Virus record (IMG/VR): IMGVR_UViG_3300020183_004466
DNA length: 64,000 nt
Source of the DNA: an uncultured virus (IMG/VR IMGVR_UViG_3300020183_004466)
Taxonomy: Duplodnaviria; Heunggongvirae; Uroviricota; Caudoviricetes
Direction: 5' to 3' (one strand)
The position numbers and the translations under genes are program-made. Positions 24,643-35,152 of this stretch are shown piece by piece (the stretch's first letter is position 1; every line of letters begins with the position of its first letter). The notes beneath the pieces are model-generated. The model was given only the letters and a program-made list of their open reading frames with translations. It was not told the origin of the DNA and did not search any database.

Positions 24643-26699
24643 CAGTTACCATATGCACAGCACAGGTCTTGAACACCGAGTCCTTCCATTGGAATATCGG
24701 GAAATAAAGCTCCCCAATTGAATTTTTTGTAAGCTTTTCTATAACTACTTCTTCTTCTTCTTTTCTTTCTATTGGAATCACCTGCCCATTTAATCTCATA
24801 AAGCCATTCACCAGTAACTTCGTATTCAGTAACTTCCGTTTCTTCCTCTGTTGGCGGAGTTCCCCCTTTTTCTATTGTGGTATATTTAATGTTAAAAAGT
24901 ATTCCTGAGTGTTTAGGCTCCGCAAATATCTTTCTATACTCAGCATCCGTTTTTGCATCTGCACCCTGATCCTTTCTCATGTGCTTCATTTTTTCATATA
25001 CTGCAGTTCCTCCTAAAGTGTTATTTGGCCTAAGTAAATCTGGCGATTTAGTTACTAGATCTTCGCCTATTCCATATTTTGTAATTGCTTTTCTTAATTC
25101 ATCCTCAATTACTTTGGCTCTTGCTACAACCAAATATTCATTATTCTTTTTATCGTAAGGTTTTCTTACTGTTCCGTCCTTTTGATACGCAGAAGGTTCA
25201 TCACTAGTTGATGCTACAACTTTATAATCAAATGCAGATAGCTTACCGTTTTTAGATTTTATTAAATCCATTATCTTTTTGACTGCATCATCTATAGCAG
25301 TGGCTTTATCTTTTTTAAGAGTTGCTCTATCACTCTCAAAATAAGCATAAGCCATTTTTTCTCCTGGATTACTAGATCCAGTTAACCCGATTCCTTCCGA
25401 ATCGACCGACCCGGTTGCTCCTGCTGCTCCAGTTGCCCCTTCCATATAAGGCCAAGAATAAAGATACTCGTTTTCGTATTCATACTCAGTCCCTTCAGTT
25501 CCTTGAGTTATAATCGTTGTTTCTGGCATTACCTCTTTAGCTTCAGCAGGCCACCATAAAATTGAACTAGCACCATATATCCCCCAAACTGCTCTACCAG
25601 TCTCATCATAATCTTTCTTAGAAAATTTTTTCTTAGCTATTTCTGTGATACCTTTTATTATCTCTTTTTTGTCAGTATCAGTCATTTTTATGAATGTTGT
25701 CTGTATATAAGAAGGATCTTCAAATCTATCTAGTAATTTTTTAAACTTGTCCTCATCAGATATAATCATATACCATAAGACGAAATCTGTTGCCTCTTTT
25801 TTATCGTAAAATAATCCCTTGTCAAATTTTCCTTCAGTGTCGTAAAAATCACCAGGAATAATACCTATGCTTGTATTATCAAGGCTACGGGTTTTTTCTG
25901 TTACATCTTTTTTTGCATATGGATTTTGACCACCTATAGCATAATCAAATCCCATATATTTTCTACCAATCTTTCCAGATCCGTCGAAGGTCTCTTTTGC
26001 TTTATCTAATAGTATCTTACTTTTTTCTACTATTAATCCCTGATTAAAATCTTTAAAATCAGATTTAGGTAATTTGCTCCAATCAATAGTTTCTCCAAAA
26101 ATACTTAGATTCTGATCAGATAGGACTTTACCAGTTTTATTTTTCCAATAAACATCTATCAATTCCTTAACCTGTTTTGGATCACTTAAAAACTCTAAAG
26201 TTTTTATTGCTTGCATCTCTTTACCTGTGGCTTCACCCATCTTCCCGTCCCAGTATTCCATACATTTAATCATGTCAGGAACTTTCATTGTAGTTTTTCT
26301 GTCCTTAAATCTTTTTTGCCAATCCTCAGGAGGATCAGTGTATCCTCCTCTTCCGTCGCTAAATTTAGTAGGATTACCAGAAGCACTAAACCAATCAGTT
26401 ATTGCATCCCATGGTCGTATTTGAGTTGAACCCGATTTTGCTGTATCCTTTACCTCTTTACTATCTTTATCTACTGCTTTATTTACTAAATATTCCAATT
26501 TTTTCTTAGGATCTTTAGGAATTTTCTCGTCGGATTTTTTATCCTTATCTGAATCCTCATATAGTTCATTCTCGTAGATTTCTTTAAAAGATAATACGTT
26601 CTTTTTGATCCTATCAAATTGATCAGTGCCTTTCTTTATATTTTTACTCTCTATTAGCTGGTCTATATAGGAATTAAAATCCAATACTTTTTTTTCCAT
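24639..26699 (-). CDS. large putative virion/ejection protein with degenerate OmpA-like domain
   Basis: CTS-like MEKKVLDFNSYI..LIES; FESDRATL...ASTS...NEYLVVARAKVI. Confidence 0.6.
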   Translation of the reverse strand: MEKKVLDFNSYIDQLIESKNIKKGTDQFDRIKKNVLSFKEIYENELYEDSDKDKKSDEKIPKDPKKKLEYLVNKAVDKDSKEVKDTAKSGSTQIRPWDAITDWFSASGNPTKFSDGRGGYTDPPEDWQKRFKDRKTTMKVPDMIKCMEYWDGKMGEATGKEMQAIKTLEFLSDPKQVKELIDVYWKNKTGKVLSDQNLSIFGETIDWSKLPKSDFKDFNQGLIVEKSKILLDKAKETFDGSGKIGRKYMGFDYAIGGQNPYAKKDVTEKTRSLDNTSIGIIPGDFYDTEGKFDKGLFYDKKEATDFVLWYMIISDEDKFKKLLDRFEDPSYIQTTFIKMTDTDKKEIIKGITEIAKKKFSKKDYDETGRAVWGIYGASSILWWPAEAKEVMPETTIITQGTEGTEYEYENEYLYSWPYMEGATGAAGATGSVDSEGIGLTGSSNPGEKMAYAYFESDRATLKKDKATAIDDAVKKIMDLIKSKNGKLSAFDYKVVASTSDEPSAYQKDGTVRKPYDKKNNEYLVVARAKVIEDELRKAITKYGIGEDLVTKSPDLLRPNNTLGGTAVYEKMKHMRKDQGADAKTDAEYRKIFAEPKHSGILFNIKYTTIEKGGTPPTEEETEVTEYEVTGEWLYEIKWAGDSNRKKRRRRSSYRKAYKKFNWGALFPDIPMEGLGVQDLCCAYGNC

Positions 26700-26742
26700 C
26701 CGGATTATTTTATAGTTATGTTATATATCTTTTTATTTAAGA

Positions 26743-26779
26743 AATCCTTTTTTTTATTAAATAGTATACTCTACATTTG
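26743..26779 (+). promoter_or_regulatory. early promoter
   Basis: AATCCTTTTTT...CTACATTTG. Confidence 0.7.
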
Positions 26780-26809
26780 TCTTGTCTAACAATTAAAAAA
26801 ATAAAAATT

Positions 26810-27241
26810 ATGAAAAATCTAATTTTAACAGTCATCTTAGGATCTATTATCGGTTTTAATTCTATATCCTTCAGTATGGAAGGTCCAAAGGATCCAAAAA
26901 ACACAGAAATTAAAAAAGAATTCAGTGATGTACTTTCATTATTCTTCGGTCACGAATTAAATCTAGACTCTACACTAAGAGAAAGTTGTATTAAATTCTT
27001 AGAAAAACAAGTCGATGGTAAAGACATAGTAAAAGGTAAGAATTATGCCTACTTTCACCAAATGTGGACATTGACTGATCCTGTTGAAATGTACAAATCC
27101 GAGGATCTTGTAAAAAGCTTCAATGAAGCAATCCACCAAGACATTTATAAAGATTATTTCGGTAGAATGGAAGGGAGATCTTATTGGGTAGACGTAATTC
27201 AAAAAGGAGACAAATACTACTTAGTAATAGCAGTAAATTAA
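26810..27241 (+). CDS. secreted protein, possibly degenerate CAP-like
   Basis: signal peptide MKNLILTVILG; LNLDSTLRESC resembles LKIDTSLTRGC of 24046. Confidence 0.65.
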   Translation: MKNLILTVILGSIIGFNSISFSMEGPKDPKNTEIKKEFSDVLSLFFGHELNLDSTLRESCIKFLEKQVDGKDIVKGKNYAYFHQMWTLTDPVEMYKSEDLVKSFNEAIHQDIYKDYFGRMEGRSYWVDVIQKGDKYYLVIAVN

Positions 27242-27257
27242 TTAAAATATTAATTAA

Positions 27258-27294
27258 AAAATAAAAAGGCCCTTTAAAGGGCCTTTTTATTTTA
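27258..27294. terminator. bidirectional terminator
   Basis: palindrome AAAATAAAAAGGCCCTTTAAAGGGCCTTTTTATTTT between convergent genes. Confidence 0.85.
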
Positions 27295-27305
27295 TGTATG
27301 TTTTT

Positions 27306-28835
27306 TTATTTCGATCTTCTAGTAACGTCTGAAGGCGATACTTCAAAAGTAATACAGATCTGTTTAATATCAACCTGATCTGGATTAAACGTAGCAAGAG
27401 TAGGAACTAGGTAAGGTACTTCTTTCATTTCTGGATATGAAGATTTCAATTTAGTTCCTTTAACAACAAGTCTTATTTTTCTCCAAGATTTAAGAGGATC
27501 TGTACTACCTTTACCGGTTTTTGGCTGTATATTAGGCGTTGATGATGCAGTAATAGATTCTTTTTTAATTTCCCAATCTGGTACTGATTTTATATATTCA
27601 GCTACAGATTTAGCTCTTTCTATACATAGAGTTTCGTTATTTTTTACGTCTCCTTCTTTAGAAGCAAATCCTTTTACCTGTATAGAATCTATATTATTAA
27701 ATTCTTCTATAGCTCTATTTATATTATTCTTACCTGCTGGACTTAATTTATAAGAATTTACATCAAAAAGTACTTGATTACCCTTTTCGTCACTATCATA
27801 AACATCCAATTCAAAAGTCTCAACGTTTTTACCAGTAGGTACTAGTTTTGAAGTTAAAACTAGCTTAGTATAAGGAATTTCTCTATCGCTTTTTTTAAGA
27901 TCACCGAATGAATATAAAACCAATGTGAAATAAGCTTTAACTCCCTTTTCTGTTTTAGCAGATTTATTACTTGTTGGATCCATTGCTTTTTCTGGAAGAT
28001 TAGCTTTATAAGGAGGTTGTATAGCTGGTTTAGTAGCTACCTTCTTATCGCCAGGCAAGTTAGAAAACCCTTTTCTTTTTTTGCCTTTGTTTTCAGAGCT
28101 GGCTTTGCCACCAAATATCATATCTCTGCTTTCTATTATTGATGTTTTAGTTACTATAGACCCTGTGGATTCAACATCAGTGATAACAGTATTACCTAAA
28201 AGTCCGGTACCCGATAAATATTTTGTATCTTTCGTTTGTGATTCTAATCCAGAAGTTTGTTTACTAGGATTTCTAAGGAAGAATGATGCAAAAAAGTTAA
28301 CTGTTCTTGCTCCAAATCTTTTCTTCCCGTCTAAATAATTAGACATAACTCCAATACCTCCGAATCTTTTATCTGTTTGTACCTTATTCCAATATGTTTT
28401 TCCTTTATCTACATGTGTACCAGAACCGATTTTTTCAGAAGCATTACCTACGTTCAAATCGTTTATAAATTCAATAAGGTTAATGTAAGTTGCATCTTCT
28501 CCCTCTCCAACTAGAACATTCTGTGAAACAACATTATCGTAATTGATCACATTCATTTTAGTATCTACTCCTGTTATTTTTATACCTTCACCTTCTATTC
28601 CCTCTATGAAACCTAAAAGAGATTTAGCTAAATCTCCCTCAGTATCCGGATAATCCTTATTTGCTGCAAGTTTAGCAATACCAGCTATAATACCTAGCTC
28701 TTCTTTATACTTAACACCACTTCTTTCTAATCTTCCTATAGCATCAATAAGAGATCCAGCTACATCTTCATCAGATTCTAATATTCTATAAGCTTCAAAT
28801 ATAAATTCGTTGAATGACAATACTTGTTTTTTCAT
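27306..28835 (-). CDS. putative virion/ejection protein with OmpA-like peptidoglycan-binding domain
   Basis: MKKQVLSFNEFIFEA; VLFDVNSYKLS..GFASKEG..NETLCIERAKSVAEY..WRK. Confidence 0.75.
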   Translation of the reverse strand: MKKQVLSFNEFIFEAYRILESDEDVAGSLIDAIGRLERSGVKYKEELGIIAGIAKLAANKDYPDTEGDLAKSLLGFIEGIEGEGIKITGVDTKMNVINYDNVVSQNVLVGEGEDATYINLIEFINDLNVGNASEKIGSGTHVDKGKTYWNKVQTDKRFGGIGVMSNYLDGKKRFGARTVNFFASFFLRNPSKQTSGLESQTKDTKYLSGTGLLGNTVITDVESTGSIVTKTSIIESRDMIFGGKASSENKGKKRKGFSNLPGDKKVATKPAIQPPYKANLPEKAMDPTSNKSAKTEKGVKAYFTLVLYSFGDLKKSDREIPYTKLVLTSKLVPTGKNVETFELDVYDSDEKGNQVLFDVNSYKLSPAGKNNINRAIEEFNNIDSIQVKGFASKEGDVKNNETLCIERAKSVAEYIKSVPDWEIKKESITASSTPNIQPKTGKGSTDPLKSWRKIRLVVKGTKLKSSYPEMKEVPYLVPTLATFNPDQVDIKQICITFEVSPSDVTRRSK

Positions 28836-28878
28836 TTTTTTCTTTTTATTTATTATATATCTAACCGATAAATTGTTT

Positions 28879-30975
28879 TCAACCTAGAAAAGAGTTTATG
28901 GATAGAACATATCTTCTAGATTCATTCTTTTTCCAACCGTCCTTAGGATCCATCAATTTTACTCCTTTATCCGCTTTGAATTCACCTCTAGCTTTTTTGT
29001 TAGGCCCAGTAAGAACTGTATACTTACCATCATTAAATAGAGTTACTGAACCTCCAGCTTTTTTGGACATAAAAGTAAAAGTTGCTTTACCTGTTGGACT
29101 CTGTCCAAATGTTCCTTTCTCTTTAGCAACTCCAGGGAACTTCTTCTTGAACTCGGCATTTGCTTTTTTGATTTTTTCTAAGATCTTTTCGCTACCTCCT
29201 CCTGCTTTTACTATTGTTGCAGTTCCAGTAGTACCTATTTTTTTGATTGCTGCCTTATCTTTAGCTGTTACTTGAACCTCTTTCTTTTTTATTTTAGCAG
29301 GTCCTGCTTCTTTTAAAGCTGCCTCTGGGGATTTTAATTTTTTATTTCCGTCTATTGCTTTAGATATTTGAGCATTTCGTTTACCTAAAGATGTCATCCA
29401 TCCAGTTACCGGTTTAAATTTTGGCTTGATGTATCCATCTATAAATTTTTGTGCACAACTAGTAATAGGTCTTACTGCCGTACCAAGAGCTCCTGATATA
29501 ATTCCTCCTATGAAAGATCCCCCTTGATCTTTTTTAAATCGATCTATACTTTTTGTAATTCTACCTGGTAATTCCATTAGTCCGTTGATAGCTTTACCTA
29601 CCATACTGATACCTTTAACTACAGCGTTATAAAGCCAGTTAAAACAAGATTTACCTACATAAGTTATGAAGTTTATTAGAAGTTCACCGAAGCTCCAATC
29701 CCCTCCTTCTGCTTCATTTATTGATTGATCCCACTCAGCAATATATTCCTCGTGGTCTAAAACTGCGCCTTTTCCTTGTTCCAATCCCTGATCTGCTACG
29801 GTTCCAGCATTTTTTGCAACAAGATTTCCAACTTTACCAGTTGAGCCTAATTTGTCTAGATTTTTAGTAACAAATGGTGCTTTTTGGCAAAGTGTAACGA
29901 AAAATTCTCCAAGCCATGCTGAACACCCTAATACCTTACCAGCTCCGACTGAAGCAGCACTACCAAAAGCTGTAGCTGTAAACTTTTGTGTCCATGCTAT
30001 AGTGCTAGATTTTATAGCAACACCTATTGATCCCATACCAGGAAGTGCATCAGCAGCAGAAGAAATTATATCCCTTATTCCGAGAACTAAACTAGCACTA
30101 CCAAAAACAATCTTACCTCCTCCTTTTACTATATCTCCAACCTTCTGTGCAGCTCCTATTTCTTTACCAGCAGTAATAAGATTGGTAACTCCCTCATATA
30201 CAGTTAATGCCCCTGCGACCATTGCACAAATCGGGGCTAAGAATTGAACAACAGGAATAAATGATAATATTGTACCTATTATAGTTAAAAGAATACCTAT
30301 TGCTGTTAGAGGATTTTCCTTAATAAATGCCCCTACGGCAGATACTATTTGTTTACTAAAATCCCAAACTGCTTTAGCACCTTTGGAAAGAGCGTCCCAA
30401 GCCTTAACAACTTTATCTTTAACATAGGCTGCCGCTTTTTTAACCGGCTGTACCACATACTTATTAACGGCACTTCCTACTGCTTTAACCGCGCTTTTAA
30501 CTCCACTAGCAACTGAAGATGCTGCACTCGAAAAGAAGTCACCAACTGCTCCAAAAAATCCCTCTGTGATTAATTCGATCCCCTCTTTTACCGTATTTAT
30601 TGTTGACTCTTTGACAATGTGTAATTTATTACCTTTAAAAAGAATCGAATATCCCTCCTCTAATCCAGGAGTATTATTTAAATAAACGATTCTCTCTGAA
30701 TCATCCTCAAACCATTCCTTTCTGTTCTCATATAAAACACCTAATTCATAGGTGTGGTATGCTTTTTCTAACAATAATTCAGATTCTTCTGGACTATTGC
30801 TTTCATTCAAGGATGGACCGAAAAAAGTTTTAAACTCGTTCAAATCCCATGATGCCATGCATCCCTCTCTCAGAATAGACATCTGATTTAGTTTAGCTTC
30901 TAATAGGGAATCGTTATCGAACGAATAATACTCATCTATATGAGAAAAGTCATCAAATAAAGAAATATATTTCAT
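28879..30975 (-). CDS. large putative ejection/membrane-inserting protein
   Basis: MKYISLFDDF; G/A-rich amphipathic region and hydrophobic hairpin IGILLTIIGTILSFIPVVQFLAPICAMVAG; basic C-terminus. Confidence 0.65.
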   Translation of the reverse strand: MKYISLFDDFSHIDEYYSFDNDSLLEAKLNQMSILREGCMASWDLNEFKTFFGPSLNESNSPEESELLLEKAYHTYELGVLYENRKEWFEDDSERIVYLNNTPGLEEGYSILFKGNKLHIVKESTINTVKEGIELITEGFFGAVGDFFSSAASSVASGVKSAVKAVGSAVNKYVVQPVKKAAAYVKDKVVKAWDALSKGAKAVWDFSKQIVSAVGAFIKENPLTAIGILLTIIGTILSFIPVVQFLAPICAMVAGALTVYEGVTNLITAGKEIGAAQKVGDIVKGGGKIVFGSASLVLGIRDIISSAADALPGMGSIGVAIKSSTIAWTQKFTATAFGSAASVGAGKVLGCSAWLGEFFVTLCQKAPFVTKNLDKLGSTGKVGNLVAKNAGTVADQGLEQGKGAVLDHEEYIAEWDQSINEAEGGDWSFGELLINFITYVGKSCFNWLYNAVVKGISMVGKAINGLMELPGRITKSIDRFKKDQGGSFIGGIISGALGTAVRPITSCAQKFIDGYIKPKFKPVTGWMTSLGKRNAQISKAIDGNKKLKSPEAALKEAGPAKIKKKEVQVTAKDKAAIKKIGTTGTATIVKAGGGSEKILEKIKKANAEFKKKFPGVAKEKGTFGQSPTGKATFTFMSKKAGGSVTLFNDGKYTVLTGPNKKARGEFKADKGVKLMDPKDGWKKNESRRYVLSINSFLG

Positions 30976-31011
30976 TATTTATGTTTTTACTTCTTATACT
31001 TATATATCCAA

Positions 31012-33147
31012 CTAAGAGAACGAGAAGGATTCAAAAGTGCTTATGTAATTTCTTGATTCATTCTTTTTATCTCCCTTTTTAGGCTTCTTGAATCCTTCCT
31101 TAGGAGGTTGAAGATCTATATTCTTCTTAGCTGTATAGTTACCTTTTATTCCTTCATTAGGACCATCTTTAACTTGATATCTTCCATTGTTATATAGAAC
31201 AACAGAACCGTGAGCAGATTTAGATTTATATTTAAAGCAAAGCGTACCATCATTTAATGTGTGCCAGTCACCCTCGGATTTATTTCTAATAATTCCTGGA
31301 AATTTTTCTTTGAAAAGCTTTTCTTGTTGTGCTTTAACTTTAGCTTGTATAGCTGCTTGGACCTTCTTGAATTCTTTATCAAACCATCCTCCCTCCTTAG
31401 CTATACTTTTATCCCCAGATTTAGCCGAATTAGATGCTTGAATCTTAGCAAGATTCTGTTTGTCCTGTGCGGTTAACTCGACCTTTTCTGAGGGTACCCC
31501 TCCCTTAGGCTGTGGTATTTTTTTTCCACCGCTAACAGCAGCTTTTAGAGATGCGTTGCTTTCTACTGATTTTTTTATAGATTTACTATGCTTACCTAAA
31601 CTAACCATCCAATTAGTAATGGGCTTAACTAGTGGTTTTATTTTATTCTCACAGAACCACGAAAGAACCTTAGCAACTGGTCGAACAAAAAGTTTTAGCG
31701 CACCTCCTACGATCCATCCAAACGTACTATCTGAATATTCTCTATTAAAATCGTCTATTGCATTAACAGTTTTAGTCGGTAAATCTAATATTCCATTTAT
31801 TAATTTACCAATACCAGAAACAGCTCCTAATATAAGATCCCATAACCACCCTAAAGCATATTGCCCAGCTATACATAACATAGGAACAGCAGCTTCATTA
31901 GCCTTATCTCCTAACTTTTTACCAATAATATCAGATCCTGCTTTACCTAAAATATCAGCCCCAATTACAACTCCTTTTTTAGCTCCAGCTTTAGTTAGAG
32001 CCTTTGTTCCTGCAGACCCAGCAGATTCAACTAAGAATTTAATAAGAGTCTCAAACATACCTACTGCTGCCCCAGTAACGCCCAATCCTGAAACTGTTTT
32101 GGTCACCCATGATTTTGCGGGTACTGCAACTGCAGTGCTAGTGGCTCCACCCCCAGGTACTGCTCCTTTTGCCGATGTTGCAATATCATGAATTCCTAAA
32201 AGTAAACTAACAGCTCCCCCTAAAAGCTTAGTACCTCCTTTTACAAATTCAGGTGCAGCTTTTTTTATCGGATCGGTTGGACATTCTTTTGTTATTTTTA
32301 CTCCCTCGTAAATATCATATCCACCTGTAAATACCTGTATTGCCCCAGCTATTATTAAAAGAACTGGGCCAGCAACTTGCCCAGCAGCAGGTATAAATGC
32401 TATTATACCAGCTATAACTTGTAGTGCAACCGAAACATAGAATAGTATATCTTGCCAATTCTCAGAAACGAAAGTTGATATTGCATTCATAACCCTCTTT
32501 GAAAACTCGTAGAGTTTCTTAGCTCCGTCTGTTAAAGCATCATAAGCTTTCTTTAAAGGATCAACAACATATTCTTTTACAAATTTTTTAGTAGGCTGAT
32601 ATATATTTTTATCCACCCATTCAACCCCTCCCTTAATAACACTTCCTGCATCGTCTAAGAACTCGCCAAATGAATCCCATTCATATAGTCTATTTCCTAT
32701 CACCTCATTAAAAAGATCCTCATTGATCGATTGATCATTATCTTTTAACATTTTTAAAGATCTCTCTGTTATAGCAAAAGCTTCACCTTCTTTAAATAGT
32801 AAAATATTACCTTCAAACTCAAGATACGAGATAACACCTTTTGAATGTTCGTACATAAGAGGTTTTTCATCATCAAACCAATGTGATTTAGACTCTTGTA
32901 GCATTCCTAGCTCATATACACTGTGAGCTTTTTCTAATAAAGACTCCGACTCATCATATCCTCTACTTTCTAGTAAAGAATTATTTCTGAACATGTCCTT
33001 AAACTCATTTAGAGCCATACCAGCCGCACATCCATTTTGTCTAAGAGACAGCATTTGGTTTATTTTAGATTCAAAAAGGGAATCATTATCAAAATTATAT
33101 GATTCCTCAACTAATCTAAAATCATCGAATAAAGAAATATATTTCAT
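31012..33147 (-). CDS. paralog of 28879-30975
   Basis: end-to-end similarity including hydrophobic hairpin and terminal motifs. Confidence 0.7.
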   Translation of the reverse strand: MKYISLFDDFRLVEESYNFDNDSLFESKINQMLSLRQNGCAAGMALNEFKDMFRNNSLLESRGYDESESLLEKAHSVYELGMLQESKSHWFDDEKPLMYEHSKGVISYLEFEGNILLFKEGEAFAITERSLKMLKDNDQSINEDLFNEVIGNRLYEWDSFGEFLDDAGSVIKGGVEWVDKNIYQPTKKFVKEYVVDPLKKAYDALTDGAKKLYEFSKRVMNAISTFVSENWQDILFYVSVALQVIAGIIAFIPAAGQVAGPVLLIIAGAIQVFTGGYDIYEGVKITKECPTDPIKKAAPEFVKGGTKLLGGAVSLLLGIHDIATSAKGAVPGGGATSTAVAVPAKSWVTKTVSGLGVTGAAVGMFETLIKFLVESAGSAGTKALTKAGAKKGVVIGADILGKAGSDIIGKKLGDKANEAAVPMLCIAGQYALGWLWDLILGAVSGIGKLINGILDLPTKTVNAIDDFNREYSDSTFGWIVGGALKLFVRPVAKVLSWFCENKIKPLVKPITNWMVSLGKHSKSIKKSVESNASLKAAVSGGKKIPQPKGGVPSEKVELTAQDKQNLAKIQASNSAKSGDKSIAKEGGWFDKEFKKVQAAIQAKVKAQQEKLFKEKFPGIIRNKSEGDWHTLNDGTLCFKYKSKSAHGSVVLYNNGRYQVKDGPNEGIKGNYTAKKNIDLQPPKEGFKKPKKGDKKNESRNYISTFESFSFS

Positions 33148-33158
33148 TTTTTTTTTAT

Positions 33159-33665
33159 TTAGTAGTTTTCTCCGTCTGATACCATAGAATCTTCTTCGTG
33201 GTGTAGATCCATAGTGGCTTTTAAAAATCCATAAACCTCTTCTACATCATCCTTAGATGTTGCTATATGATCGGTTGCCCATCCGTGTCCTTCACTAAGA
33301 AGAGAATCGACTTTTGCTGGATCCATTTCTAAAATCTCCCCGCAAATTCTTTTTATATTAGAAACATTTGCAAAAAACATATAGTTTTCAGACTCATCAT
33401 GATCCTCATTCATACCTTTAAGGGTTTTTGCTAGCTGGAGTCTCTTATAAAGCTTAGCGTCCCTTTTACCTAACTGAGCACCAGGAGTTTTAGAATCAAG
33501 ATCCTTTCTCATAAGATCCGCAATTTCATCCTTTATTTCAGTTTTAGTGATCTTTTCTCCTTCCTTCTTATGAAAATGTTTCCTAAGAGCTCCAGGATGC
33601 TTTATAGAGTCCTTTATCCACTCTTTCTCGTTTAGAAATTGGTCGAATTTTTTTATGTTGCTCAT
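33159..33665 (-). CDS. putative head internal protein
   Basis: MSNIKKFDQFLNE; WIKDSIKHPGALR; NYMFF..GHGWATDHI. Confidence 0.7.
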   Translation of the reverse strand: MSNIKKFDQFLNEKEWIKDSIKHPGALRKHFHKKEGEKITKTEIKDEIADLMRKDLDSKTPGAQLGKRDAKLYKRLQLAKTLKGMNEDHDESENYMFFANVSNIKRICGEILEMDPAKVDSLLSEGHGWATDHIATSKDDVEEVYGFLKATMDLHHEEDSMVSDGENY

Positions 33666-33666
33666 T

Positions 33667-33822
33667 TTAGTTGCTCAGTTTAAAATTCATTACAGAAAGG
33701 GAGAATTTTTTACTAGACCAATCTAAATCTAAATTGAAAACTGTAATAGCCCCCAATCTTACGTTTATTTGGATCTTATCCCATTGTTTAATTTTAGATC
33801 CCCATGAGTTTTTAAATTTCAT
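33667..33822 (-). CDS. small hypothetical protein (51 aa)
   Basis: manual translation MKFKNSWGSKIKQWDKIQINVRLG...; GATATATA at 33841-33848; abuts next gene. Confidence 0.65.
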   Translation of the reverse strand: MKFKNSWGSKIKQWDKIQINVRLGAITVFNLDLDWSSKKFSLSVMNFKLSN

Positions 33823-33941
33823 AATCGTATATTATTTTATTATATATCCTTATCTAAATACTATTCTTTCTTCGTACGAAAATTTAAATGATGTTAGATA
33901 TATAGATATATAGAATAAAACCTAAAATAATATTTTTAAAA

Positions 33942-34478
33942 ATGAGAAATATAGAACAATTTGAAAGCTTCTTCGGTTCTAATATGAATGAAGGGCTAAA
34001 GAGCTCCTCTAAGAATTTCGTAAGAGATATGGCTAATCAAATGGGAGTAGACCCAGAGGAACTTTTAAGAATGGTACAATCTGATCTTGAGGAAGAGGGA
34101 ATGCACGAATCAAAAATATATGAATTCTTAGGATCTGATGGTCTTATTACAATGACGGATTTCTTTATTCTTTTCCCTAGTGTTATTGCTGGACTTGTTA
34201 CACTAGGTTTAGGAGGAACTTGGTTAGAAGGATGGAGAACTAATAAGCAATGGATTAAAGCTGAAGCAGAGCAAAGAGTTAAAGCAATGATTAAGAAAGA
34301 TCCTAATCTTATCGATCGTCAAGAAGAATTAACTGCTAAAGTTGCTGAAGAGCTTAAGAATGATCCTAAGGTTCAAGAAATGCTTAAGAAAGCAAAATGG
34401 GAAGGGGGAAAAAAACACCCTTCTATTAAAAGAGACACAACATATTATAAGACCCACATCTTCGGTGGAGGTTACTAA
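33942..34478 (+). CDS. CTS-like protein with one TM segment
   Basis: MRNIEQFESF; FFILFPSVIAGLVTLGLGG; tandem GATATATA at 33897-33912. Confidence 0.75.
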   Translation: MRNIEQFESFFGSNMNEGLKSSSKNFVRDMANQMGVDPEELLRMVQSDLEEEGMHESKIYEFLGSDGLITMTDFFILFPSVIAGLVTLGLGGTWLEGWRTNKQWIKAEAEQRVKAMIKKDPNLIDRQEELTAKVAEELKNDPKVQEMLKKAKWEGGKKHPSIKRDTTYYKTHIFGGGY

Positions 34479-34497
34479 TAAAGACACCATAAAAATA

Positions 34498-34524
34498 AAA
34501 AAAGCCTCTTCTAGAGGCTTTTTT
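34498..34524. terminator. bidirectional terminator
   Basis: AAAAAAGCCTCT..AGAGGCTTTTTT. Confidence 0.75.
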
Positions 34525-34542
34525 AGTGACTTAATATTTAGA

Positions 34543-34932
34543 TTAAAGAGATATATCGAACCTATCCTTCATTTTATCTATAATTTCTTCTGGAACATCG
34601 TGTATGTTCTTACCTCCGTGTCTGTTTTCTACAACTAATGTAAATACTTTATATCCATAATCTTTAGCCATATTAATGTATGGCTCCATCTCCCATTCTT
34701 GTGTGAAGGTATTGGAAACTACTACTTTTTTTTCACCAGATCTCATAGCTCCTTTTATAGAATTCTTACACCATTCATGAGCTTCTTTTATTTGAGTAAT
34801 ATCAAATTTATAATCACTGTTTTCGTCTAAGAAGAACATATCTGCTTCGAAGTGTATTCCACCTAGTGATTTGGCTAAGGTGGACTTTCCAGATCCAGGA
34901 ATTCCCCTAACTATGTAAAGTATCTTATTCAT
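34543..34932 (-). CDS. P-loop (AAA_33 / polynucleotide kinase-like) protein
   Basis: RGIPGSGKST, EAD.FF, VSNTFTQEWE, HDVP. Confidence 0.85.
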   Translation of the reverse strand: MNKILYIVRGIPGSGKSTLAKSLGGIHFEADMFFLDENSDYKFDITQIKEAHEWCKNSIKGAMRSGEKKVVVSNTFTQEWEMEPYINMAKDYGYKVFTLVVENRHGGKNIHDVPEEIIDKMKDRFDISL

Positions 34933-35152
34933 CCTTATATTTTTTAAACATATCATCCACTTCCTCTTGAGTGTAATACCATTTCATGTCACTCTGAGCA
35001 ACTCCTATCAAAAGTCTCCATGTTGTTTTACTGTTAAATTGTTTGTCTTTGGTGAACATTCTCCATTGTAACCATCTAAAAGGAATTTTTAGGTAGTGTC
35101 TTCTCCTCCACAGTTTAACTAATGTACTACATTCTTGATATCTTTTTTCCAT
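34925..35152 (-). CDS. hypothetical protein
   Basis: ORF in packed minus-strand operon. Confidence 0.65.
   Translation of the reverse strand: MEKRYQECSTLVKLWRRRHYLKIPFRWLQWRMFTKDKQFNSKTTWRLLIGVAQSDMKWYYTQEEVDDMFKKYKDE

Noticed and set aside
28898..32191. Plus-strand ORFs up to 243 aa
   Set aside because: Antisense shadows of Ala/Gly-rich minus-strand genes.
33671..33913. 80-aa plus-strand ORF
   Set aside because: Overlaps a better-supported 51-aa minus-strand ORF (33667-33822) and its promoter motif.
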